Positions 1 to 11,232 of a stretch of 64,000 bases of DNA are shown piece by piece. Position numbers and translations under genes: made by a program. The stretch is from Auanema rhodensis (taxonomy: Eukaryota; Animalia; Nematoda). The DNA lies in NCBI GenBank assembly GCA_964057225.1, contig OZ059897.1, forward strand, positions 17,670,001 to 17,734,000. The letters are read 5' to 3'. Under the pieces are notes generated by a model. The model was not told where the DNA came from. It saw only the letters and a list, made by a program, of their open reading frames with translations, and searched no databases. The stretch's first letter is position 1, and each line of letters starts with the position of its first letter.

Positions 1-122
1 TTTTCGAAAAATTTCAAAATAATTTAGCAAAAAGTAGATGTTTTTAGATTCCTTTTTTCAAGGCAAAGACGATGGACAATGTTATTCAACGAAAAAATTA
101 ATTCTTCAGGGTGAAAATCGAG

Positions 123-144
123 GATATAAGTGTGAACTTATATC
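123..144. other. Inverted repeat, 9-bp stem with 4-nt loop, repeated every 351 bp
   Basis: gatataagt (123-131), loop gtga, acttatatc (136-144); the arms are exact reverse complements. Confidence 0.9.
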
Positions 145-154
145 AGTTGATATA

Positions 155-221
155 TCGGTGCATTTTTAAGCTAGCGCAAATCTGATAACACAGATCGACG
201 CAGCTTAAAAATCCGCATCGA
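155..221. other. Extended imperfect hairpin, 67 nt, repeated every 351 bp
   Basis: atttttaagct (162-172) and agcttaaaaat (202-212) form a perfect 11-bp stem. Inner pairs: gcg/cgc and atctg (180-184)/cagat (191-195). Outer pair: tcggtgc (155-161)/gcatcga (215-221) with one G-T. Confidence 0.85.
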
Positions 222-295
222 ATGCACTATACTACATTGAGAAACGCTTAATACAAAAATTAGTTATGATCGTTTGAAAAATGATGCATTAGTGT

Positions 296-323
296 ATGTT
301 GAGTTTCCATGTACACTCAACAT
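296..323. other. Inverted repeat, 9-bp stem with 10-nt loop, repeated every 351 bp
   Basis: atgttgagt (296-304), loop ttccatgtac, actcaacat (315-323); the arms are exact reverse complements. Confidence 0.9.
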
Positions 324-336
324 TGCTTCCGAAAAC

Positions 337-371
337 ATTTTGACAAAAATTTTTTCGAAAAATTTCAAAAT
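337..371. other. Palindrome/dyad embedded in A/T tracts, repeated every 351 bp
   Basis: tttttcgaaaaa (351-362) is a perfect 12-bp palindrome, flanked by attttga (337-343) and tcaaaat (365-371). Confidence 0.85.
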
Positions 372-702
372 AATTTAGCAAAAAGTAGATGTTTTTAGAT
401 TCCTTTTTTCAAGGCAAAGACGATGGACAATGTTATTCAACGAAAAAATTTATTCTTCAGGGTGAAAATCGAGGATATAAGTGTGAACTTATATCAGTTG
501 ATATATCGGTGCATTTTTAAGCTAGCGCAAATCTGATAACACAGATCGACGCAGCTTAAAAATCCGCATCGAATGCACTATACTACATTGAGAAACGCCT
601 AATACAAAAATTAGTTATGATCGTTTGAAAAATGATGCATTAGTGTATGTTGAGTTTCCATGTACACTCAACATTGCTTCCGAAAACATTTTGACAAAAA
701 TT

Positions 703-2106
703 TTTTCGAAAAATTTCAAAATAATTTAGCAAAAAGTAGATGTTTTTAGATTCCTTTTTTCAAGGCAAAGACGATGGACAATGTTATTCAACGAAAAAAT
801 TAATTCTTCAGGGTGAAAATCGAGGATATAAGTGTGAACTTATATCAGTTGATATCTCGGTGCATTTTTAAGCTAGCGCAAATCGGATAACACAGATCGA
901 CGCAGCTTAAAAATCCGCATCGAATGCACTATACTACATTGAGAAACGCTTAATACAAAAATTAGTTATGATCGTTTGAAAAATGATGCATTAGTGTATG
1001 TTGAGTTTCCATGTACACTCAACATTGCTTCCAAAAACATTTTGACAAAAATTTTTTCGAAAAATTTCAAAATAATTTAGCAAAAAGTAGATGTTTTTAG
1101 ATTCCTTTTCTCAAGGCAAAGACGATGGACAATGTTATTCAACGAAAAAATTTATTCTTCAGGGTGAAAATCGAGGATATAAGTGTGAACTTATATCAGT
1201 TGATATCTCGGTGCATTTTTAAGCTAGCCCAAACCTGATAACACAGATCGACGCAGCTTAAAAATCCGCATCGAATGCACTATACTACATTGAGAAACGC
1301 CTAATACAAAAATTAGTTATGATCGTTTGAAAAATGATGCATTAGTGTATGTTGAGTTTCCATGTACACTCAACATTGCTTCCGAAAACATTTTGACAAA
1401 AATTTTTTCGAAAAATTTCAAAATAATTTAGCAAAAAGTAGATGTTTTTAGATTCCTTTTTTCAAGGCAAAGACGATGGACAATGTTATTCAACGAAAAA
1501 ATTAATTCTTCAGGGTGAAAATCGAGGATATAAGTGTGAACTTATATCAGTTGATATCTCGGTGCATTTTTAAGCTAGCGCAAATCGGATAACACAGATC
1601 GACGCAGCTTAAAAATCCGCATCGAATGCACTATACTACATTGAGAAACGCTTAATACAAAAATTAGTTATGATCGTTTGAAAAATGATGCATTAGTGTA
1701 TGTTGAGTTTCCATGTACACTCAACATTGCTTCCAAAAACATTTTGACAAAAATTTTTTCGAAAAATTTCAAAATAATTTAGCAAAAAGTAGATGTTTTT
1801 AGATTCCTTTTCTCAAGGCAAAGACGATGGACAATGTTATTCAACGAAAAAATTTATTCTTCAGGGTGAAAATCGAGGATATAAGTGTGAACTTATATCA
1901 GTTGATATCTCGGTGCATTTTTAAGCTAGCCCAAACCTGATAACACAGATCGACGCAGCTTAAAAATCCGCATCGAATGCACTATACTACATTGAGAAAC
2001 GCCTAATACAAAAATTAGTTATGATCGTTTGAAAAATGATGCGTTAGTGTATGTTGAGTTTCCATGTACACTCAACATTGCTTCCGAAAACATTTTGACA
2101 AAAATT
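703..2106. repeat. Local dimer duplication (2 x 702 bp)
   Basis: Copies at 703 and 1405 share aatcggataa (m183 G). Copies at 1054 and 1756 share m57 C, m100 T, agcccaaacctg and m248 C. Confidence 0.9.
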
Positions 2107-5100
2107 TTTTCGAAAAATTTCAAAATAATTTAGCAAAAAGTAGATGTTTTTAGATTCCTTTTTTCAAGGCAAAGACGATGGACAATGTTATTCAACAAAA
2201 AAATTAATTCTTCAGGGTGAAAATCGAGGATATAAGTGTGAACTTATATCAATTGATATCTCGGTGCATTTTTAAGCTAGCGCAAATCTGATAACACAGA
2301 TCGACGCAGCTTAAAAATCCGCATCGAATGCACTATACTACATTGAGAAACGCTTAATACAAAAATTAGTTATGATCGTTTGAAAAATGATGCATTAGTG
2401 TATGTTGAGTTTCCATGTACACTCAACATTGCTTCCGAAAACATTTTGACAAAAATTTTTTCGAAAAATTTCAAAATAATTTAGCAAAAAGTAGATGTTT
2501 TTAGATTCCTTTTTTCAAGGCAAAGACGATGGACAATGTTATTCAACGAAAAAATTGATTCTTCAGGGTGAAAATTGAGGATATAAATGTGAACTTATAT
2601 CAGTTGATATCTCGGTGCATTTTTAAGCTAGCGCAAATCTGATAACACAGATCGACGCAGCTTAAAAATCCGCATCGAATGCACTATACTACATTGAGAA
2701 ACGCTTAATACAAAAATTAGTTATGATCGTTTGAAAAATGATGCATTAGTGTATGTTGAGTTTCCATGTACACTCAACATTGCTTCCAAAAACATTTTGA
2801 CAAAAATTTTTTCGAAAAATTTCAAAATAATTTAGCAAAAAGTAGATGTTTTTAGATTCCTTTTTTCAAGGCAAAGACGATGGACAATGTTATTCAACGA
2901 AAAAATTTATTCTTCAGGGTGAAAATCGAGGATATAAGTGTGAACTTATATCAGTTGATATATCGGTGCATTTTTAAGCTAGCGCAAATCTGATAACACA
3001 GATCGACGCAGCTTAAAAATCCGCATCGAATGCACTATACTACATTGAGAAACGCCTAATACAAAAATTAGTTATGATCGTTTGAAAAATGATGCATTAG
3101 TGTATGTTGAGTTTCCATGTACACTCAACATTGCTTCCGAAAACATTTTGACAAAAATTTTTTCGAAAAATTTCAAAATAATTTAGCAAAAAGTAGATGT
3201 TTTTAGATTCCTTTTTTCAAGGCAAAGACGATGGACAATGTTATTCAACGAAAAAATTAATTCTTCAGGGTGAAAATCGAGGATATAAGTGTGAACTTAT
3301 ATCAGTTGATATCTCGGTGCATTTTTAAGCTAGCGCAAATCTGATAACACAGATCGACGCAGCTTAAAAATCCGCATCGAATGCACTATACTACATTGAG
3401 AAACGCTTAATACAAAAATTAGTTATGATCGTTTGAAAAATGATGCCTTAGTGTATGTTGAGTTTCCATGTACACTCAACATTGCTTCCAAAAACATTTT
3501 GACAAAAATTTTTTCGAAAAATTTCAAAATAATTTAGCAAAAAGTAGATTTTTTTAGATTCCTTTTTTCAAGGCAAAGACGATGGACAATGTTATTCAAC
3601 GAAAAAATTAATTCTTCAGGGTGAAAATCGAGGATATAAGTGTGAACTTATATCAGTTGATATCTCGGTGCATTTTTAAGCTAGCGCAAATCTGATAACA
3701 CAGATCGACGCAGCTTAAAAATCCGCATCGAATGCACTATACTACATTGAGAAACGCTTAATACAAAAATTAGTTATGATCGTTTGAAAAATGATGCATT
3801 AGTGTATGTTGAGTTTCCATGTACACTCAACATTGCTTCCAAAAACATTTTGACAAAAATTTTTTCGAAAAATTTCAAAATAATTTAGCAAAAAGTAGAT
3901 TTTTTTAGATTCCTTTTTTCAAGGCAAAGACGATGGACAATGTTATTCAACGAAAAAATTAATTCTTCAGGGTGAAAATCGAGGATATAAGTGTGAACTT
4001 ATATCAGTTGATATCTCGGTGCATTTTTAAGCTAGCGCAAATCTGATAACACAGATCGACGCAGCTTAAAAATCCGCATCGAATGCACTATACTACATTG
4101 AGAAACGCTTAATACAAAAATTAGTTATGATCGTTTGAAAAATGATGCATTAGTGTATGTTGAGTTTCCATGTACACTCAACATTGCTTCCAAAAACATT
4201 TTGACAAAAATTTTTTCGAAAAATTTCAAAATAATTTAGCAAAAAGTAGATGTTTTTAGATTCCTTTTTTCAAGGCAAAGACGATGGACAATGTTATTCA
4301 ACGAAAAAATCAATTCTTCAGGGTGAAAATCGAGGATATAAGTGTGAACTTATATCAGTTGATATCTCGGTGCATTTTTAAGCTAGCGCAAATCTGATAA
4401 CACAGATCGACGCAGCTTAAAAATCCGCATCGAATGCACTATACTACATTGAGAAACGCTTAATACAAAAATTAGTTATGATCGTTTGAAAAATGATGCA
4501 TTAGTGTATGTTGAGTTTCCATGTACACTCAACATTGCTTCCAAAAACATTTTGACAAAAATTTTTTCGAAAAATTTCAAAATAATTTAACAAAAAGTAC
4601 ATTTTTGTAGGTTCCTTTTTTCAAGGCAAAGACGATGGACAATGTTATTCAACGAAAAAATTAATTCTTCAGGGTGAAAATCGAGGATATAAGTGTGAAC
4701 TTATATCAGTTGATATCTCGGTGCATTTTTAAGCTAGCGCAAATCTGATAACACAGATCGACGCAGCTTAAAAATCCGCATCGAATGCACTATACTACAT
4801 TGAGAAACGCTTAATACAAAAATTAGTTATGATCGTTTGAAAAATGATGCATTAGTGTATGTTGAGTTTCCATGTACACTCAACATTGCTTCCAAAAACA
4901 TTTTGACAAAAATTTTTTCGAAAAATTTCAAAATAATTTAGCAAAAAGTAGATGTTTTTAGATTCCTTTTTTCAAGGCAAAGACGATGGACAATGTTATT
5001 CAACGAAAAAATTAATTCTTCAGGGTGAAAATCGAGGATATAAGTGTGAACTTATATCAGTTGATATCTCGGTGCATTTTTAAGCTAGCGCAAATCTGAT

Positions 5101-5265
5101 AACACAGATCGACGCAGCTTAAAAATCCGCATCGAATGCACTATACTACATTGAGAAACGCTTAATACAAAAATTAGTTATGATCGTTTGAAAAATGATG
5201 CATTAGTGTATGTTGAGTTTCCATGTACACTCAACATTGCTTCCAAAAACATTTTGACAAAAATT

Positions 5266-8200
5266 TTTTCAAAAAATTTCAAAATAATTTAACAAAAAGT
5301 ACATTTTTGTAGGTTCCTTTTTTCAAGGCAAAGACGATGGACAATGTTATCCAACGAAAAAATTAATTCTTCAGGGTGAAAATCGAGGATATAAGTGTGA
5401 ACTTATATCAGTTGATATCTCGGTGCATTTTTAAGCTAGCGCAAATCTGATAACACAGATCGACGCAGCTTAAAAATCCGCATCGAATGCACTATACTAC
5501 ATTGAGAAACGCTTAATACAAAAATTAGTTATGATCGTTTGAAAAATGATGCATTAGTGTATGTTGAGTTTCCATGTACACTCAACATTGCTTCCAAAAA
5601 CATTTTGACAAAAATTTTTTCGAAAAATTTCAAAATAATTTAGCAAAAAGTAGATGTTTTTAGATTTCTTTTTTCAAGGCAAAGACGATGGACAATGTTA
5701 TTCAACGAAAAAATTAATTCTTCAGGGTGAAAATCGAGGATATAAGTGTGAACTTATATCAGTTGATATATCGGTGCATTTTTAAGCTAGCGCAAATCTG
5801 ATAACACAGATCGACGCAGCTTAAAAATCCGCATCGAATGCACTATACTACATTGAGAAACGCTTAATACAAAAATTAGTTATGATCGTTTGAAAAATGA
5901 TGCATTAGTGTATGTTGAGTTTCCATGTACACTCAACATTGCTTCCAAAAACATTTTGACAAAAATTTTTTCGAAAAATTTCAAAATAATTTAACAAAAA
6001 GTACATTTTTGTAGGTTCCTTTTTTCAAGGCAAAGACGATGGACAATGTTATCCAACGAAAAAATTAATTCTTCAGGGTGAAAATCGAGGATATAAGTGT
6101 GAACTTATATCAGTTGATATCTCGGTGCATTTTTAAGCTAGCGCAAATCTGATAACACAGATCGACGCAGCTTAAAAATCCGCATCGAATGCACTATACT
6201 ACATTGAGAAACGCTTAATACAAAAATTAGTTATGATCGTTTGAAAAATGATGCATTAGTGTATGTTGAGTTTCCATGTACACTCAACATTGCTTCCAAA
6301 AACATTTTGACAAAAATTTTTTCGAAAAATTTCAAAATAATTTAGCAAAAAGTAGATGTTTTTAGATTCATTTTTTCAAGGCAAAGACGATGGACAATGT
6401 TATTCAACGAAAAAAACAATTCTTCAGGGTGAAAATCGAGGATATAAGTGTGAACTTATATCAGTTGATATCTCGGTGCATTTTTAAGCTAGCGCAAATC
6501 TGATAACACAGATCGACGCAGCTTAAAAATCCGCATCGAATGCACTATACTACATTGAGAAACGCTTAATACAAAAATTAGTTATGATCGTTTGAAAAAT
6601 GATGCATTAGTGTATGTTGAGTTTCCATGTACACTCAACATTGCTTCCAAAAACATTTTGACAAAAATTTTTTCGAAAAATTTCAAAATAATTTAGCAAA
6701 AAGTAGATGTTTTTAGATTCCTTTTTTCAAGGCAAAGACGATGGACAATGTTATTCAACGAAAAAATTAATTCTTCAGGGTGAAAATCGAGGATATAAGT
6801 GTGAACTTATATCAGTTGATATATCGGTGCATTTTTAAGCTAGCGCAAATCTGATAACACAGATCGACGCAGCTTAAAAATCCGCATCGAATGCACTATA
6901 CTACATTGAGAAACGCTTAATACAAAAATTAGTTATGATCGTTTGAAAAATGATGCATTAGTGTATGTTGAGTTTCCATGTACACTCAACATTGCTTCCA
7001 AAAACATTTTGACAAAAATTTTTTCGAAAAATTTCAAAATAATTTAGCAAAAAGTAGATGTTTTTAGATTCCTTTTTTCAAGGCAAAGACGATGGACAAT
7101 GTTATTCAACGAAAAAATTAATTCTTCAGGGTGAAAATCGAGGATATAAGTGTGAACTTATATCAGTTGATATATCGGTGCATTTTTAAGCTAGCGCAAA
7201 TCTGATAACACAGATCGACGCAGCTTAAAAATCCGCATCGAATGCACTATACTACATTGAGAAACGCTTAATACAAAAATTAGTTATGATCGTTTGAAAA
7301 ATGATGCATTAGTGTATGTTGAGTTTCCATGTACACTCAACATTGCTTCCAAAAACATTTTGACAAAAATTTTTTCGAAAAATTTCAAAATAATTTAGCA
7401 AAAAGTAGATGTTTTTAGATTCCTTTTTTCAAGGCAAAGACGATGGACAATGTTATTCAACGAAAAAATTAATTCTTCAGGGTGAAAATCGAGGATATAA
7501 GTGTGAACTTATATCAGTTGATATATCGGTGCATTTTTAAGCTAGCGCAAATCTGATAACACAGATCGACGCAGCTTAAAAATCCGCATCGAATGCACTA
7601 TACTACATTGAGAAACGCTTAATACAAAAATTAGTTATGATCGTTTGAAAAATGATGCATTAGTGTATGTTGAGTTTCCATGTACACTCAACATTGCTTC
7701 CAAAAACATTTTGACAAAAATTTTTTCGAAAAATTTCAAAATAATTTAGCAAAAAGTAGATGTTTTTAGATTCCTTTTTTCAAGGCAAAGACGATGGACA
7801 ATGTTATTCAACGAAAAAATTAATTCTTCAGGGTGAAAATCGAGGATATAAGTGTGAACTTATATCAGTTGATATATCGGTGCATTTTTAAGCTAGCGCA
7901 AATCTGATAACACAGATCGACGCAGCCTAAAAATCCGCATCGAATGCACTATACTACATTGAGAAACGCTTAATACAAAAATTAGTTATGATCGTTTGAA
8001 AAATGATGCATTAGTGTATGTTGAGTTTCCATGTACACTCAACATTGCTTCCAAAAACATTTTGACAAAAATTTTTTCGAAAAATTTCAAAATAATTTAA
8101 CAAAAAGTACATTTTTGTAGGTTCCTTTTTTCAAGGCAAAGACGATGGACAATGTTATCCAACGAAAAAATTAATTCTTCAGGGTGAAAATCGAGGATAT

Positions 8201-11200
8201 AAGTGTGAACTTATATCAGTTGATATCTCGGTGCATTTTTAAGCTAGCGCAAATCTGATAACACAGATCGACGCAGCTTAAAAATCCGCATCGAATGCAC
8301 TATACTACATTGAGAAACGCTTAATACAAAAATTAGTTATGATCGTTTGAAAAATGATGCATTAGTGTATGTTGAGTTTCCATGTACACTCAACATTGCT
8401 TCCAAAAACATTTTGACAAAAATTTTTTCGAAAAATTTCAAAATAATTTAACAAAAAGTACATTTTTGTAGGTTCCTTTTTTCAAGGCAAAGACGATGGA
8501 CAATGTTATCCAACGAAAAAATTAATTCTTCAGGGTGAAAATCGAGGATATAAGTGTGAACTTATATCAGTTGATATCTCGGTGCATTTTTAAGCTAGCG
8601 CAAATCTGATAACACAGATCGACGCAGCTTAAAAATCCGCATCGAATGCACTATACTACATTGAGAAACGCTTAATACAAAAATTAGTTATGATCGTTTG
8701 AAAAATGATGCATTAGTGTATGTTGAGTTTCCATGTACACTCAACATTGCTTCCAAAAACATTTTGACAAAAATTTTTTCAAAAAATTTCAAAATAATTT
8801 AACAAAAAGTACATTTTTGTAGGTTCCTTTTTTCAAGGCAAAGACGATGGACAATGTTATCCAACGAAAAAATTAATTCTTCAGGGTGAAAATCGAGGAT
8901 ATAAGTGTGAACTTATATCAGTTGATATCTCGGTGCATTTTTAAGCTAGCGCAAATCTGATAACACAGATCGACGCAGCTTAAAAATCCGCATCGAATGC
9001 ACTATACTACATTGAGAAACGCTTAATACAAAAATTAGTTATGATCGTTTGAAAAATGATGCATTAGTGTATGTTGAGTTTCCATGTACACTCAACATTG
9101 CTTCCAAAAACATTTTGACAAAAATTTTTTCGAAAAATTTCAAAATAATTTAGCAAAAAGTAGATGTTTTTAGATTTCTTTTTTCAAGGCAAAGACGATG
9201 GACAATGTTATTCAACGAAAAAATTAATTCTTCAGGGTGAAAATCGAGGATATAAGTGTGAACTTATATCAGTTGATATATCGGTGCATTTTTAAGCTAG
9301 CGCAAATCTGATAACACAGATCGACGCAGCTTAAAAATCCGCATCGAATGCACTATACTACATTGAGAAACGCTTAATACAAAAATTAGTTATGATCGTT
9401 TGAAAAATGATGCATTAGTGTATGTTGAGTTTCCATGTACACTCAACATTGCTTCCAAAAACATTTTGACAAAAATTTTTTCGAAAAATTTCAAAATAAT
9501 TTAACAAAAAGTACATTTTTGTAGGTTCCTTTTTTCAAGGCAAAGACGATGGACAATGTTATCCAACGAAAAAATTAATTCTTCAGGGTGAAAATCGAGG
9601 ATATAAGTGTGAACTTATATCAGTTGATATCTCGGTGCATTTTTAAGCTAGCGCAAATCTGATAACACAGATCGACGCAGCTTAAAAATCCGCATCGAAT
9701 GCACTATACTACATTGAGAAACGCTTAATACAAAAATTAGTTATGATCGTTTGAAAAATGATGCATTAGTGTATGTTGAGTTTCCATGTACACTCAACAT
9801 TGCTTCCAAAAACATTTTGACAAAAATTTTTTCGAAAAATTTCAAAATAATTTAGCAAAAAGTAGATGTTTTTAGATTCATTTTTTCAAAGCAAAGACGA
9901 TGGACAATGTTATTCAACGAAAAAAACAATTCTTCAGGGTGAAAATCGAGGATATAAGTGTGAACTTATATCAGTTGATATCTCGGTGCATTTTTAAGCT
10001 AGCGCAAATCTGATAACACAGATCGACGCAGCTTAAAAATCCGCATCGAATGCACTATACTACATTGAGAAACGCTTAATACAAAAATTAGTTATGATCG
10101 TTTGAAAAATGATGCATTAGTGTATGTTGAGTTTCCATGTACACTCAACATTGCTTCCAAAAACATTTTGACAAAAATTTTTTCGAAAAATTTCAAAATA
10201 ATTTAGCAAAAAGTAGATGTTTTTAGATTCCTTTTTTCAAGGCAAAGACGATGGACAATGTTATTCAACGAAAAAATTAATTCTTCAGGGTGAAAATCGA
10301 GGATATAAGTGTGAACTTATATCAGTTGATATATCGGTGCATTTTTAAGCTAGCGCAAATCTGATAACACAGATCGACGCAGCTTAAAAATCCGCATTGA
10401 ATGCACTATACTACATTGAGAAACGCTTAATACAAAAATTAGTTATGATCGTTTGAAAAATGATGCATTAGTGTATGTTGAGTTTCCATGTACACTCAAC
10501 ATTGCTTCCAAAAACATTTTGACAAAAATTTTTTCGAAAAATTTCAAAATAATTTAGCAAAAAGTAGATGTTTTTAGATTCCTTTTTTCAAGGCGAAGAC
10601 GATGGACAATGTTATTCAACGAAAAAATTAATTCTTCAGGGTGAAAATCGAGGATATAAGTGTGAACTTATATCAGTTGATATATCGGTGCATTTTTAAG
10701 CTAGCGCAAATCTGATAACACAGATCGACGCAGCTTAAAAATCCGCATCGAATGCACTATACTACATTGAGAAACGCTTAATACAAAAATTAGTTATGAT
10801 CGTTTGAAAAATGATGCATTAGTGTATGTTGAGTTTCCATGTACACTCAACATTGCTTCCAAAAACATTTTGACAAAAATTTTTTCGAAAAATTTCAAAA
10901 TAATTTAGCAAAAAGTAGATGTTTTTAGATTCCTTTTTTCAAGGCAAAGACGATGGACAATGTTATTCAACGAAAAAATTAATTCTTCAGGGTGAAAATC
11001 GAGGATATAAGTGTGAACTTATATCAGTTGATATATCGGTGCATTTTTAAGCTAGCGCAAATCTGATAACACAGATCGACGCAGCTTAAAAATCCGCATC
11101 GAATGCACTATACTACATTGAGAAACGCTTAATACAAAAATTAGTTATGATCGTTTGAAAAATGATGCATTAGTGTATGTTGAGTTTCCATGTACACTCA

Positions 11201-11232
11201 ACATTGCTTCCAAAAACATTTTGACAAAAATT
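5266..11232. repeat. Multi-monomer duplication at 10-monomer (3510 bp) offset
   Basis: Rare m6 A occurs in copies at 5266 and 8776, and rare m52 A plus m98-99 AC in copies at 6319 and 9829. The seven monomers from 5266 match the seven from 8776 in order. Confidence 0.85.

Larger units (their letters stand above)
1..351. repeat. Representative monomer, haplotype A (m21-50 aatttagcaaaaagtagatgtttttagatt, m86 T)
   Basis: First full unit. Sites visible: TTCGAA (BstBI, m3-8), GCTAGC (NheI, m170-175), ATGCAT (NsiI, m284-289), TGTACA (BsrGI, m310-315). GATATC (EcoRV, m149-154) occurs only in copies with m154 C. Confidence 0.97.

Noticed and set aside
2-18. CENP-B box-like motif (TTCG....A)
   Set aside because: The required CGGG half is absent; the sequence reads tcaa there.
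103-109. Hammerhead ribozyme core (minus strand CUGAAGA matches CUGANGA), as known in some newt, schistosome and cricket satellites
   Set aside because: I could not build stem II closing onto a GAAA, nor stems I and III around it. The plus-strand ctgataa does not fit the core. An Infernal/Rfam scan would settle it.
72-185. Short ORF from ATG at m72 (MDNVIQRKN*), extended to about 37 codons in copies where TAA m99-101 is mutated
   Set aside because: It is too short, is closed in most copies, and resembles no protein I recognise. Such ORFs are expected by chance.
123-323. Bacterial intrinsic terminators or attC-like cassette sites
   Set aside because: The stems are AT-rich, lack the GC stem plus U-tract arrangement, and have no associated genes or variable cassettes.
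1-351. Tandem 5S rRNA, tRNA, snRNA or spliced-leader gene unit
   Set aside because: I see no recognisable 5S sequence, cloverleaf, Pol III A/B boxes or spliced-leader sequence.
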